From the human T2T-CHM13v2.0 reference genome, Homo sapiens: a DNA stretch of 64,000 nucleotides. Each line of letters begins with the position of its first letter. Position 1 is the first letter of the stretch. Location of the stretch: NCBI RefSeq assembly GCF_009914755.1, contig NC_060933.1; one strand, 5' to 3'. The notes under the pieces were generated by a model. That model was not told where the DNA came from. It saw only the letters and a program-made list of their open reading frames with translations, and searched no databases. A program made the translations under genes and the position numbers. Shown in pieces: positions 15,001 to 30,800 of the stretch.

Positions 15001-17400
15001 CATTCCATTCCATTCCATTCCATTGCATTCAACTTGGGTCGATTCCATTCCTTTCCATTCCATTCGCGTTGAATCCATTCCATTCCATTGCATTGCACTA
15101 GGGTTGAATCCATTACATTGCATTCCATTCCATTCCATTCCATTCCATTCCATTCCATTCCATTCCGTTCCATTCCATTCCATTACATTCGGATTGATTC
15201 TATTCAATTCCCTTACACTCCATTGCATTCCATTCCATTCGGGTTGTTTCCATTCCATTCCATTCCATTCCACTCCATTCCATTGCACTTGGGTTGATTC
15301 AATTGCATTAATTTCCATTCCATTCCATTCTATTCCGTACCATTCCATTCCATTCCATTCCATTCCATTTCGTTGCACTAGGGTTGAATCCATTCAATTG
15401 CATTCCATTCCATTCCATTCCATTCCATTCCTTTCCATTCCATTCCATTACATTCGGATTGATTCTATTCAATTCCCTTACACTCCATTGCATTCCATTC
15501 CATTCGGGTTGTTTCCATTCCATTCCATTCCATTCCACTCCATTCCATTGCACTCGGGTTGATTCAATTGCATTCTATTCCATTCCATTCCATTCCATTC
15601 CATTCCATTCCGGATGATTCCATTCCATTGCATTCCATTCCATTCCATTCCCCTGCACTCGGGTTGATTCCATTCCATTCCATTCCATTCCATTCCGTTC
15701 CATTCCATTGCATTCTATTCAGGTTAATTCCATTCCATTCCATTCCATTCCATTCCATTGCATTCCATTCCATTTAATTCCATTCCATTGCAATCGAGCT
15801 GATTCCATTCCATTCCATTCCATTGTATTCCATTCCATTCCATTCCATTCTGGATGATTCCATACCATTGCATTAAATTCCCCTGCAATCGTGTTGATTC
15901 CATTCCATTCCATTCCATTCCATTCCGGATGATTCCATTCCATTGCATTCCATTCCATTCCGTTCCCCTGCACTCGGGTTGATTCCATTACATTCCATTC
16001 CATTACTTTCCGTTCCATTGCATTCCATTCCATTCTATTGGGGTTAATTCCATTCCATTCCATTCCATTCCATTCCATTCCATTCCATTCCATTGCAAAC
16101 GAGTTGATACCATTCCATTCCATTCAATTCCATTCCATTCCATTCCAGTCCTTTCCATTCCATTCCACTCTGGTTGATTCCATTCTATTCCTTTCCATTC
16201 CATTCCATTCCATTCCCTTCCATTCCACTCTGGTCGATTCCATTCCTTTCCATTCCACACGAGTACATTCCCTTCTATTCCACTCGGAATGATTCCATTC
16301 CATTCCATTAAATTCCATTCCATTCCATTCCGTTCCATTCCATTCTATTCCGTTCCATTCCATTCCATTCCATGCCATTCAACTCGTGTCGATTCCAGTC
16401 CTTTCCATTCCATTCACGTTGAATCCATTCCATTCCATTCCATTGCACTAGGGTTGAATCCATTCCATTGCATTCCATTCCATTCCATTCCATTCCATTC
16501 CATTCCGTTCCATTCCATTCCATTACATTCGGATTGATTCTATTCAATTCCCTTACACTCCATTGCATTCCATTCCATTCGGGTTGTTTCCACTCCATTC
16601 CATTCCATTCCACTCCATTCCATTGCACTCGGGGTGATTCAATTGCATTCCATTCCATTCCATTCCATTCTATTCCGTACCATTCCATTCCATTCCATTC
16701 CATTCCATTCCATTCCATTCCATTCCGTTGCACTAAGGTTGAATCCATTCCATTGCATTCTATTCCATTCCAATCCATTGCATTCAATTCCATTCTGGAT
16801 GATTCCATTCCATTGCATTCCATTCCATTCCCCTGCACTCGGGTTGATTCCATTCCATTCCATTCCATTCCATTCCATTCCATTCCATTCCGTTCCATTC
16901 CATTCCATTCTATTCGGGTTAATTCGATTCCATTCCATTCCATTCCATTCCATTCCATTCCATTCCATTCCATTCCATTCCATTCCATTTAATTCCATTC
17001 CATTGCAATCGAGCTGATTCCATTCCATTCCATTCCATTCTATTCCATTCCATTCCATTCCATTCTGGATGATTCCATTCCATTGCATTCCATTCCATTA
17101 AATAACCCTGCACTCGTGTTTATTCCATTCCATTCAATTCCATTCCATTCCATTCCATTCCATTCCGTTCCGGATGATTCCATTCCATTGCATTCCATTC
17201 CATTAAATACCCCTGTACTCGTGTTTATTCCATTCCATTCCATTCCATTCCGTTCAATTCCATTCCATTACATTCAGATTGATTCTATTCAATTCCCTTA
17301 CACTCCATTGCATTCCATTCCATTCGGGTTGTTTCCATTCCATTCCATTCCATTAAACTCCATTCCATTGCACTCGGGTTGATTCAATTGCATTCCATTC
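1..17400 (+). repeat. HSat3 sub-domain 1 (CTCGAATACATT, GAGCTGATT, CCATTAAATTCCCCTG, TTGATTCAATTGC vocabulary; mosaic with no stable higher-order repeat)
   Basis: Diagnostic words recur to about 17.4 kb (GAATAC at ~1158, 1728, 4428, 5102, 6027, 6691, 8257, 10541, 12587, 13241, 13821, 14517, 14907; last GAGCTG ~17011; last TTGATTCAATTGC ~17379). Only one register shift (~5811). Confidence 0.8.
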
Positions 17401-17779
17401 CATTCCATTCCATTCCATTCTATTCCATACCATTCCATTCCATTCCATTCCATTCCACTCCATTCCCTGCCATTCCACTCGGGTTTATTCCATTCCTTTC
17501 CATTCCATTCGGGTTGAATCCATTCCTTTCCATTCCATTCCGTTCAATTCCATTGCATTGCACTCGGGTTGATTCCATTCCATTCCATGCCATTCCATTT
17601 CATTCCGTTCCATTCCATTCCATTACATTCGGATTGAATCTTTTCAATTACCTTACACTCCATTACATTACATTCCATTCGGGTAGTTTCCATTCCATTC
17701 CATTCCATTACACTCCATTGCATTGCACTTGGGTTGATTGATTCCATTCCATTGCATTCCATTCCATTCCATTCCATTC

Positions 17780-20700
17780 CATTGCACTAGGTTTGATTTC
17801 ATTCCACTGCATTCCATTCCATTCCATTCCATTCCATTCCATTCCGTTCCATTCAATTCCATTACATTCGGATTGATTGTATTCAATTCCCTTACACTCC
17901 ATTACATTCCATTCCATTCGGGTTATTTCCATTCCATTCCATTCCATTCCATTCCATTGCACTCGGGTTGATTCCATTCCATTCAATTCCATTCCATTCC
18001 ATTTCGTTCCATTCCAGTCTATTCGGTACCATTCCATTCCATTCCATTCCAGTCCATTCCATTCCTTTCCGTATGATTCCATTCCATTGCATTCCATTCC
18101 ATTCCCTTGCACTCGGGTGGATTCCATTCTATTCCATTCCATTCCATTCCATTCCATTCCATTCCATTCCATTCTATTCGGGTTAATTTGATTCCATTCC
18201 ATTCCATTCCGTTCCATTCCATTCCATTCCATTAAGATTGATTCTATTCAATTCCCTTACACTCCATTACATTACATTCCATTCGTGTTGTTTCCATTCC
18301 ATTCCATTGCAATCCATTCCATTACATTCCATTCTATTCGGGTTAATTCCATTCCATTCCATTCCATTGCATTCCATTCCATTCTATTCGGGTTAATTCC
18401 ATTCCATTCCATTCCATTGCATTCCATTCCATTCCATTCCGTATGATTCCATTCCATTGCATTCCATTCCATTCCATTCCCCTGCACTCGTGTGGATTCC
18501 ATTCTATTCCATTCCATTCCATTCCCTTACATTCCATTCCATTCCATTCCATTCCATTCAATTCCATTCCATTCCATTCTATTCGGGTTAATTTGATTCC
18601 ATTCCATTCCATTCCATTCCGTTCCATTCCATTCCATTCCATTCGGATTGATTCTATTCAATTCCCTTACACTCAATTACATTCCATTCCATTCGTGTTG
18701 TTTCCATTCCATTCCATTCCATTACATTACATTCTATTCGGGTTAATTCCATTCAATTCCATTCCCTTCCATTCCATTCCATTGCATTCCATTCCATTCC
18801 ATTCCATTATATTCGGGTTAATTCCATTCCATTCCATTCCATTTCAATCGTGTTGATTCGATTGCATTCCATTCCATTCCATTCCATTCCATTCCATTCC
18901 ATTCCAGATGATTCCGTTCCATTGCCTTCCATTCCATTCCATTCCCCTGCACTCGGGTGAATTCCATTCTATTCCATTCCATTCCATTCCATTCCATTCC
19001 TTTCCATTGAAATCGAGTTGATTCCATTCCATTTCATTCCATTCCATACCATTCCATTCCATTACGTTCCATTCCGGATGATTCCATTCCAGTGCATACC
19101 ATTCCATTAAATTCCCCTGCACTCGGCTTTATTCCATTCCATTCCATTCCATTCCATTCCATTCTATTCCGTACCATTCCATTCCATTCCATTCCATTCC
19201 ATTCCATTCCATGGCATTCCACTCGGGTTGATTCCATTCCCTTCCATTCCATTCGAGTTGAATCCATTCCATTCCATTCCATTCCATTCCATTCCATTCT
19301 ATTGCACACGGGTTCATTCCATTCCATTCCATTCCATTCCATTCCATTCCACTCCATTCCGTTCCATTCCATTTCGTTCCCTTCCATTCTATTCCATACC
19401 ATTCCATTCCATTCCATTCCATTCCATTCCGTTCCATTCCATTTCGTTCCCTTCCATTCTATTCCATACCATTCCATTCCATTCCATTCCACTCCATTCC
19501 ATGCCAATCCACTCGGGTTTATTCCATTCTATTCCATTCCACTCGGGTTGAATCCATTCCATTCCATTCCATTCCATTCAATTCCATTTCGTTCTATTCC
19601 ATTCTATCCCGTACCATTACATTCCATTCCATTGCATTCCATTCCATTCCATTCCACTGCACTCGGGTGGATTCCATTCTATTCCATTCCATTCAATTCC
19701 ATTCCATTCAATTCCATTCCATTCCATTCCATTCCATTCCATTCCATTCCATTCCATTCCATTCTATTCGGGTTAATTTCATTCCATTCCATTTTGTTCC
19801 ATTCCATTCTATTACTTACCATTCCATTCCATTCCATTCCATTCCATTCCATGCCATTCCACTCGGGTTAATTCCATTCCTTTCCATTAAATTCGTGTTG
19901 AATCCATTCCATTCGATTCCACTTCATTCGATTCCATTCCATTGCACTCGGGTCCATTCCATTCCATTCCATTCCATTCCATTGTACTAGGTTTGATTCC
20001 ATTCCACTGCATTCCATTACATTCCATTCCATTCCATTCCGTTCCATTCCATTCCATTACATTCGGATTGGTTGTATTCAATTCCCTTACACTCCATTAC
20101 ATTCCATTCCATTCGGGTTGTTTCCATTCCATTCCATTCCATTCCACTCCATTCCATTGCACTCGGGTTCATTCCATTCCATTCCATTCCATTGCATTCC
20201 ATTTCGTTCCATTCCATTCTATTCCGTACCATTCCATTCCATTCCATTCCATGCCATTCCACTCGGGTTGATTCCATTCCTTTCCATTCCATTCGGGTTG
20301 AATCCAATCCATTCCATTCCATTCCATTCCGTTCCATTGGAATCGGGTTGATTCCATTCCATACCATTCCATTCGGGTGGAATCCATTCCGTTCCATTCC
20401 ATTCCATTCCATTCCATTCCATTCCATTCCATTCTATTCCATTGCACACGGGTTGATTCCATTCCATTCCATTCCGTTCCATTCCGGATGACTCCATTCC
20501 ATTGCCTTCCATTCCATTCCATTCCCCTGCAGTCGGGTTGATTCCATTCCATTCCATGTCATTCCATTCCATTCCATTCCATTCCATTCCATTCCATTCC
20601 ATTCCATTGAAGTCCTTTCCATTCCATTCCATTCCATTCCATTCCATGCCATTCCACTCGGGTTTATTGAATTCCTTTCCATTCCATTCGGGTTGAATCC

Positions 20701-23700
20701 ATTCCTTTCCATTCCATTCCGTTCAATTCCATTCCATTGCACTCGTGTTGACTCCATTCCATTCCATGCCATTCCATTTCATTGCGTTCCATTCCATTCC
20801 ATTACATTCGGATTGATTCTTTTCAATTCCCTTACACTCCATTACATTCCATTCCATTTGGGTAGTTTCCATTCCATTCCATTCCATTACACTCCATTGC
20901 ATTGCACTCGGGATGATTGAATCCATTCCGTTGCATTCCATTCCATTCCATTCCATTCCATTCCGGATGATTCCATTCCATTCCATTCCATTCCATGCCA
21001 TTCCACTCGGGTTTATTCCATTCCTTTCCATTCCATTCGGGTTGAATCCATTCCATTCCATTCCATTCCATTCCATTCCATTCCATTCCATGCCATTCCA
21101 CTCGGGTTGATTCCATTCCTTTCGATTCCATTCGAGTTGAACCCATTCCATTCCATTCCATTCCATTCCATTCCATTCCATTCCAATCCATTGCACACGG
21201 GTTCATTCCATTCCATTCCATTCCATTCCATTCCATTTCGTTCCATTCCATTCTATTCCGTACCATTCCATTCCATTCCATTCCATTCCATTCCATTCCA
21301 TTCCATTCCATTCCATGCCATGCCATTCCACTCGGGTTCATTCTATTCCTTTCCATTCCATTCGGGTTGAATCCATTCCTTTCCATTCCATTCCGTTCAA
21401 TTCCATTCCATTGCACTCGTGTTGACTCCATTCCATTCCATGCCATTCCATTTCATTCCGTTCCATTCCATTCCATTACATTCGGATTGATTCTTTTCAA
21501 TTCCCTTACACTCCATTACATTCCATTCCATTCGGGTTGTTTCCATTCCATTCCATTCCATTACACTCCATTGCATTGCACTCGGGATGATTGAATCCAT
21601 TCCATTGCATTCCATTCCATTCCCTTCCATTCCGGATGATTCCATTCCATTGCATTCTATTCCATTCCATTCCCCTACACTCGGGTCCATTCCATTCCAT
21701 TCCATTCCATTCCATTCCGTTCCATTCCATTCCATTCCATTCCATTCCATGCTGTTCAGGTTAATTGCATTCCATTCCATTCCCTTCCATTCCATTCCAT
21801 TCCATTCCATTCCATTCCATTGCAATCGAGTTGATTCCATTGCATTCCATTCCATTCCATTCCATTGCATTCCATTGCATTCCATTCCCCTGCACTCAGG
21901 TTGATTCCATTCCATTCCATTCCATTCCATTCCATTCCATTCCATTCCATTCTATTCGCGTTAATTGCATTCCATTCCATTCCATTACATTCCATTGCAA
22001 TCGAGTTGATTCCATTCCATTCCATTCCATTCCATTCAAGTCGTTTCCATTCCATTCCACTCGTGTTGATTCCATTTTATTAGTTTCCATTCCATTCCAT
22101 TCCCTTCCATTCCACTCTGGTTGATTCCATTCCTTTCCATTCCACTCGAATTCATTCCCTTCTATTCCACTCGGAATGATTCCTTTCCATTCCGTTCCAT
22201 TTCATTCCATTCCATTCCATTTCGTTCCATTGCATTCTATTCCGTACCATTCCATTCCATTCCATTCCATGCCATTCCACTCGGGTTGATTCCATTGCTT
22301 TCCATTCCATTTGGGTTGAATCCATTCCATTCCATTCCATTCCATTCCATTCCATTCCATTCCATTGCACTAGGTTTGATTCCATTCCACTGCATTCCAT
22401 TCCATTCCATTCCATTCCATTCCGTTCCATTCCATTCCATTATATTCGGATTGATTCTTTTTAATTCCCTTAGACTCCATTTCATTCCATTCCATTCGGG
22501 TACTTTCCATTCCATTCCATTCCATTCCACTGCATTCTATTGCACTCGGGTTGATTGATTCCATTCCATTGCATTCCATTCCATTCCATTCCATTCCGGA
22601 TGATTCCATTCCGTTGCATTCCATTCCATTCCATTCCATTCCCCTGCACTAGGGTTGATTCCATTCCATTCCGTTCCTTTCCATTCCGTTCCATTCCATT
22701 CCAATCCGTTCTGTTCAGGTTAATTCCATTCCATTCCTTTCCCTTCCATTCCATTCCATTCCATTCCATTGCAATCGAGTTGATTCCATTGCATTCCATT
22801 CCATTCCATTCCATTGCATTCCATTCTATTCCAATCCCCAGCACTCAGGTTGATTCCATTCCATTCCGATCCATTCCATTCCATTCTATTCGTGTTAAGT
22901 CCATTCCATTCCATTCCATTACCTTCTATTGCAATCGAGTTGATTCCATTCCATTACGTTCCATTCCATTCCATTCCATTCAAGTCCTTTCCATTCCATT
23001 CCCCTCGTGTTGATTCCATTTTATTAGTTTCCATTCCATTCCATTCCCTTCCATTCCACTCTGGTTGATTCCATTCCTTTCCATTCCACTCGAATTCATT
23101 CCCTTCTATTCCACTCGGAATGAATCCGTTCCATTCCGTTCCATTTCATTCCATTCCATTCCATTTCGTTTCTTTGCATTCTATTCCGTACCATTCCATT
23201 CCATTCCATGCCATGCCATTCCACTCGGGTTGATTCCATTGCTTTCCATTCCATTTGGGTTGAATCCATTCCATTCCATTCCATTCCATTCCATTCCATT
23301 CCATTCCATTCCGGATGATTCCATTCCGTTGCATTCCATTCCATTCCATTCCATTCCCCTGCACCCGGGTTGATTCCATTCCATTCCGTTCCATTCCATT
23401 CCATTCCATTCCATTTCGTTCCATTCCATTCTATTCCATACCATTCCATTCCATTCCATTCCATTCCACTCCATTCCATGCCATTCCACTCGGGTTTATT
23501 CCATTCCTTTCCATTCCATTCGGGTTGAATCCATTCCATTCCATTCCATTCCATTCCATTCCATTCCATTCCATTCCATGCCATTCCACTCGGGTTGATT
23601 CCATTCCTTTCGATTCCATTCGAGTTGAACCCATTCCATTCCATTCCATTCCATTCCATTCCATTCCAATCCATTGCACACGGGTTCATTCCATTCCATT

Positions 23701-24860
23701 CCATTCCATTCCATTCCATTTCGTTCCATTCCATTCTATTCCGTTCCATTCCATTCCATTCCATTCCATTCCATTCCATTCCATTCCATGCCATGCCATT
23801 CCACTCGGGTTCATTCTATTCCTTTCCATTCCATTCGGGTTGAATCCATTCCTTTCCATTCCATTCCGTTCAATTCCATTCCATTGCACTCGTGTTGACT
23901 CCATTCCATTCCATGCCATTCCATTTCATTGCGTTCCATTCCATTCCATTACATTCGGATTGATTCTTTTCAATTCCCTTACACTCCATTACATTCCATT
24001 CCATTTGGGTAGTTTCCATTCCATTCCATTCCATTACACTCCATTGCATTGCACTCGGGATGATTGAATCCATTCCGTTGCATTCCATTCCATTCCATTC
24101 CATTCCATTCCGGATGATTCCATTCCATTGCATTCCATTCCATTCCATTCCCCTGCACTCGGGTTGATTCCATTCCATTCCATTCCTTTCCATTCCGTTC
24201 CATTCCATTCCATTCCATTCCATTCCATGCTGTTCAGGTTAATTGCATTCCATTCCATTCCCTTCCATTCCATTCCATTCCATTCCATTCCATTCCATTC
24301 CATTGCAATCGAGTTGATTCCATTGCATTCCATTCCATTCCTTTCCATTGCATTCCATTGCATTCCATTCCCCTGCACTCAGGTTGATTCCATTCCATTC
24401 CATTCCATTCCATTCCATTCCATTCCATTCCATTCCCGTTAATTCCATTCCATTCCATTCCATTATATTCCATTGCAATCGAGTTGATTCCATTCCATTC
24501 CATTCCATTCCATTCCATTCAAGTCCTTTCCATTCCATTCCACTCGTGTTGATTCCATTTTATTAGTTTCCATTCCATTCCATTCCCTTCCATTCCACTC
24601 TGGTTGATTCCATTCCTTTCCATTCCACTCGAATTCATTACCTTCTATTCCACTCGGAATGAATCCGTTCCATTCCGTTCCATTTCATTCCATTCCATTC
24701 CATTTCGTTTCTTTGCATTCTATTCCGTACCATTCCATTCCATTCCATTCCATGCCATTCCACTCGGGTTGATTCCATTGCTTTCCATTCCATTTGGGTT
24801 GAATCCATTCCATTCCATTCCATTCCATTCCATTCCATTCCATTCCATTCCATTCCGGAT
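17780..24860 (+). repeat. Older rearranged paralog (block X) of 45960-51490
   Basis: Collinear markers CCAGTCTATT, CTCGTGTGGATT, CCAGTGCATACC, TATCCCGTACC, CCATTGGAATCG, TTCATTGCGTTCC and CCCGTTAATT. ORF pairs 18272/46465, 19092/47355, 19942/49815, 20502/50280, 23870/50496, 24604/51240. Confidence 0.82.
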
Positions 24861-27800
24861 GATTCCATTCCATTGCATTCCATTCCATTCCATTCCATTC
24901 CCCTGCACCCGGGTTGATTCCATTCCATTCCGTTCCATTCCATTCCATTTCGTTCCATTCCATTCTATTCCATACCATTCCATTCCATTCCATTCCATTC
25001 CTCTCCATTCCATGCCATTCCACTCGGGTTTATTCCATTCCTTTCCATTCCATTCGGGTTGAATCCATTCCATTCCATTCCATTCCATTCCATTCCATTC
25101 CATTCCATTCCATGCCATTCCACTCGGGTTGATTCCATTCCTTTCCATTCCATTCGAGTTGAACCCATTCCATTCCATTCCATTCCATTCCATTCCATTC
25201 CATTCCAATCCATTGCACACGGGTTCATTCCATTCCATTCCATTCCATTCCATTCCATTCCATTCCATTTCGTTCCATTCCATTCTATTCCGTACCATTC
25301 CATTCCATTCCATTCCATTCCATTCCATTCCATTCCTTTCCATTCCATGCCATTCCACTCGGGTTTATTCTATTCCTTTCCATTCCATTCGGGTTGAATC
25401 CATTCCTTTCCATTCCATTCCGTTCAATTCCATTCCATTGCACTCGTGTTGACTCCATTCCATTCCATGCCATTCCATTTCATTCCGTTCCATTCCTTTC
25501 CATTACATTCGGATTGATTCTTTTCAATTCCCTTACACTCCATTACATTCCATTCCATTCGGGTTGTTTCCATTCCATTCCATTCCATTACACTCCATTG
25601 CATTGCACTCGGGATGATTGAATCCATTCCATTGCATTCCATTCCATTCCCTTCCATTCCGGTTGGTTCCATTGCATTGCATTCCATTCCATTCCATTCC
25701 CCTGCACTCGGGTTGATTACATTCCATTCCATTCCATTCCATTCCGTTCCATTCCATTCCATTCCATTCCATTCCATGCTGTTCAGGTTAATTGCATTCC
25801 ATTCCATTCCCTTCCATTCCATTCCATTCCATTCCATTCCATTCCATTCCATTGCAATCGAGTTGATTCCATTGCATTCCATTCCATTCCATTCCATTGC
25901 ATTCCATTGCATTCCATTCCCCTGCACTCAGGTTGATTCCATTCCATTCCATTCCATTCCATTCCAATCCATTCCATTCCATTCTATTCGCGTTAATTCC
26001 ATTCCATTCCATTCCATTACATTCCATTGCAATCGAGTTGATTCCATTCCATTCCATTCCATTCCATTCCATTCCATTCCATTCAAGTCGTTTCCATTCC
26101 ATTCCACTCGTGTTGATTCCATTTTATTAGTTTCCATTCCATTCCATTCCCTTCCATTCCACTCTGGTTGATTGCATTCCTTTCCATTCCACTCGAATTC
26201 ATTCCCTTCTATTCCACTCGGAATGATTCCTTTCCATTCCGTTCCATTTCATTCCATTCCATTCCATTTCGTTCCATTGCATTCTATTCCGTACCATTCC
26301 ATTCCATTCCATTCCATGCCATTCCACTCGGGTTGATTCCATTGCTTTCCATTCCATTTGGGTTGAATCCATTCCATTCCATTCCATTCCATTCCATTCC
26401 ATTGCACTAGGTTTGATTCCATTCCACTGCATTCCATTCCATTCCATTCCATTCCATTCCATTCCATTCCATTCCGTTCCATTCCATTCCATTATATTCG
26501 GATTGATTCTTTTTAATTCCCTTAGACTCCGTTTCATTCCATTCCATTCGGGTACTTTCCATTCCATTCCATTCCATTCCACTGCATTCTATTGCACTCG
26601 AGTTGATTGATTCCATTCCATTGCATTCCATTCCATTCCATTCCATTCCGGATGATTCCATTCCATTGCATTCCATTCCATTCCATTCCATTCCCCTGCA
26701 CTAGGGTTGATTCCATTCCATTCCGTTCCTTTCCATTCCGTTCCATTCCATTCCAATCCGTTCTGTTCAGGTTAATTCCATTCCATTCCTTTCCCTTCCA
26801 TTGCATTCCATTCCATTCCATTGCAATCGAGTTGATTCCATTGCATTCCATTCCATTCCATTCCATTGCATTCCATTCCATTCCAATCCCCAGCAATCAG
26901 GTTGATTCCATTCCATTCCGATCCATTCCATTCCATTCTATTCGTGTTAATTCCATTCCATTCCATTCCATTACCTTCTATTGCAATCGAGTTGATTCCA
27001 TTCCATTCCGTTCCATTCCATTCCATTCCATTCAAGTCCTTTCCATTCCATTCCACTCGTGTTGATTCCATTTTATTAGTTTCCATTCCATTCCATTCCC
27101 TTCCATTCCACTCTGGTTGATTCCATTCCTTTCCATTCCACTCGAATTCATTCCCTTCTATTCCACTCGGAATGAATCCGTTCCATTCCGTTCCATTTCA
27201 TTCCATTCCATTCCATTTCGTTTCTTTGCATTCTATTCCGTACCATTCCATTCCATTCCATTCCATGCCATTCCACTCGGGTTGATTCCATTGCTTTCCA
27301 TTCCATTTGGGTTGAATCCATTCCATTCCATTCCATTCCATTCCATTCCATTCCATTCCATTCCATTCCATTCCGGATGATTCCATTCCATTGTATTCCA
27401 TTCCATTCCATTCCATTCCCCTTCACCCGGGTTGATTCCATTCCATTCCGTTCCATTCCATTCCATTCCATTCCATTTCGTTCCATTCCATTCTATTCCA
27501 TACCATTCCATTCCATTCCATTCCATTCCACTCCATTCCATGCCATTCCACTCGGGTTTATTCCATTCCTTTCCATTCCATTCGGGTTGAATCCATTCCA
27601 TTCCATTCCATTCCATTCCATTCCATTCCATTCCATTCCATGCCATTCCACTCGGGTTGATTCCATTCCTTTCGATTCCATTCGAGTTGAACCCATTCCA
27701 TTCCATTCCATTCCATTCCATTCCATTCCATTCCAATCCATTGCACACGGGTTCATTCCATTCCATTCCATTCCATTCCATTCCATTTCGTTCCATTCCA

Positions 27801-30800
27801 TTCTATTCCGTACCATTCCATTCCATTCCATTCCATTCCATTCCATTCCATTCCATTCCATTCCATGCCATGCCATTCCACTCGGGTTCATTCTATTCCT
27901 TTCCATTCCATTCGGGTTGAATCCATTCCTTTCCATTCCATTCCGTTCAATTCCATTCCATTGCACTCGTGTTGACTCCATTCCATTCCATGCCATTCCA
28001 TTTCATTCCGTTCCATTCCATTCCATTACATTCGGATTGATTCTTTTCAATTCCCTTACACTCCATTACATTCCATTCCATTCGGGTTGTTTCCATTCCA
28101 TTCCATTCCATTACACTCCATTGCATTGCACTCGGGATGATTGAATCCATTCCATTGCATTCCATTCCATTCCCTTCCATTCCGGATGATTCCATTCCAT
28201 TGCATTCCATTCCATTCCATTCCCCTGCACTCGGGTCCATTCCATTCCATTCCATTCCATTCCATTCCATTCCGTTCCATTCCATTCCATTCCATTCCAT
28301 TCCATGCTGTTCAGGTTAATTGCATTCCATTCCATTCCCTTCCATTCCATTCCATTCCATTCCATTCCATTCCATTCCATTGCAATCGAGTTGATTCCAT
28401 TGCATTCCATTCCATTCCATTCCATTGCATTCCATTGCATTCCATTCCCCTGCACTCAGGTTGATTCCATTCCATTCCATTCCATTCCATTCCATTCCAT
28501 TCCATTCCATTCTATTCGCGTTAATTGCATTCCATTCCATTCCATTACATTCCATTGCAATCGAGTTGATTCCATTCCATTCCATTCCATTCCATTCCAT
28601 TCCATTCAAGTCGTTTCCATTCCATTCCACTCGTGTTGATTCCATTTTATTAGTTTCCATTCCATTCCATTCCCTTCCATTCCACTCTGGTTGATTCCAT
28701 TCCTTTCCATTCCACTCGAATTCATTCCCTTCTATTCCACTCGGAATGATTCCTTTCCATTCCGTTCCATTTCATTCCATTCCATTCCATTTCGTTCCAT
28801 TGCATTCTATTCCGTACCATTCCATTCCATTCCATTCCATGCCATTCCACTCGGGTTGATTCCATTGCTTTCCATTCCATTTGGGTTGAATCCATTCCAT
28901 TCCATTCCATTCCATTCCATTCCATTCCATTCCATTCCATTGCACTAGGTTTGATTCCATTCCACTGCATTCCATTCCATTCCATTCCATTCCATTCCGT
29001 TCCATTCCATTCCATTATATTCGGATTGATTCTTTTTAATTCCCTTAGACTCCATTTCATTCCATTCCATTCGGGTACTTTCCATTCCATTCCATTCCAT
29101 TCCACTGCATTCTATTGCACTCGGGTTGATTGATTCCATTCCATTGCATTCCATTCCATTCCATTCCATTCCGGATGATTCCATTCCGTTGCATTCCATT
29201 CCATTCCATTCCATTCCCCTGCACTAGGGTTGATTCCATTCCATTCCGTTCCTTTCCATTCCGTTCCATTCCATTCCAATCCGTTCTGTTCAGGTTAATT
29301 CCATTCCATTCTTTTCCCTTCCATTCCATTCCATTCCATTCCATTGCAATCGAGTTGATTCCATTGCATTCCATTCCATTCCATTCCATTGCATTCCATT
29401 CCATTCCAATCCCCAGCACTCAGGTTGATTCCATTCCATTCCGATCCATTCCATTCCATTCTATTCGTGTTAATTCCATTCCATTCCATTCCATTACCTT
29501 CTATTGCAATCGAGTTGATTCCATTCCATTCCGTTCCATTCCATTCCATTCCATTCAAGTCCTTTCCATTCCATTCCCCTCGTGTTGATTCCATTTTATT
29601 AGTTTCCATTCCATTCCATTCCCTTCCATTCCACTCTGGTTGATTCCATTCCTTTCCATTCCACTCGAATTCATTCCCTTCTATTCCACTCGGAATGAAT
29701 CCGTTCCATTCCGTTCCATTTCATTCCATTCCATTCCATTTCGTTTCTTTGCATTCTATTCCGTACCATTCCATTCCATTCCATGCCATGCCATTCCACT
29801 CGGGTTGATTCCATTGCTTTCCATTCCATTTGGGTTGAATCCATTCCATTCCATTCCATTCCATTCCATTCCATTCCATTCCATTCCGGATGATTCCATT
29901 CCGTTGCATTCCATTCCATTCCATTCCATTCCCCTGCACCCGGGTTGATTCCATTCCATTCCGTTCCATTCCATTCCATTCCATTCCATTTCGTTCCATT
30001 CCATTCTATTCCATACCATTCCATTCCATTCCATTCCATTCCACTCCATTCCATGCCATTCCACTCGGGTTTATTCCATTCCTTTCCATTCCATTCGGGT
30101 TGAATCCATTCCATTCCATTCCATTCCATTCCATTCCATTCCATTCCATTCCATGCCATTCCACTCGGGTTGATTCCATTCCTTTCCATTCCATTCGAGT
30201 TGAACCCATTCCATTCCATTCCATTCCATTCCATTCCAATCCATTGCACACGGGTTCATTCCATTCCATTCCATTCCATTCCATTCCATTTCGTTCCATT
30301 CCATTCTATTCCGTACCATTCCATTCCATTCCATTCCATTCCATTCCATTCCATTCCATTCCATTCCATTCCATGCCATGCCATTCCACTCGGGTTCATT
30401 CTATTCCTTTCCATTCCATTCGGGTTGAATCCATTCCTTTCCATTCCATTCCGTTCAATTCCATTCCATTGCACTCGTGTTGACTCCATTCCATTCCATG
30501 CCATTCCATTTCATTCCGTTCCATTCCATTCCATTACATTCGGATTGATTCTTTTCAATTCCCTTACACTCCATTACATTCCATTCCATTCGGGTTGTTT
30601 CCATTCCATTCCATTCCATTACACTCCATTGCATTGCACTCGGGATGATTGAATCCATTCCATTGCATTCCATTCCATTCCCTTCCATTCCGGATGATTC
30701 CATTCCATTGCATTCCATTCCATTCCATTCCCCTGCACTCGGGTCCATTCCATTCCATTCCATTCCATTCCATTCCGTTCCATTTCATTCCATTCCATTC

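Noticed and set aside
18184-18195. TAATTTGATT resembling a paired-type homeodomain P3 site (also ~18589, 43237, 46377, 46792, 63191)
   Set aside because: It lacks the final A of TAATNNNATTA, and the recurrences are explained by duplication of one variant.
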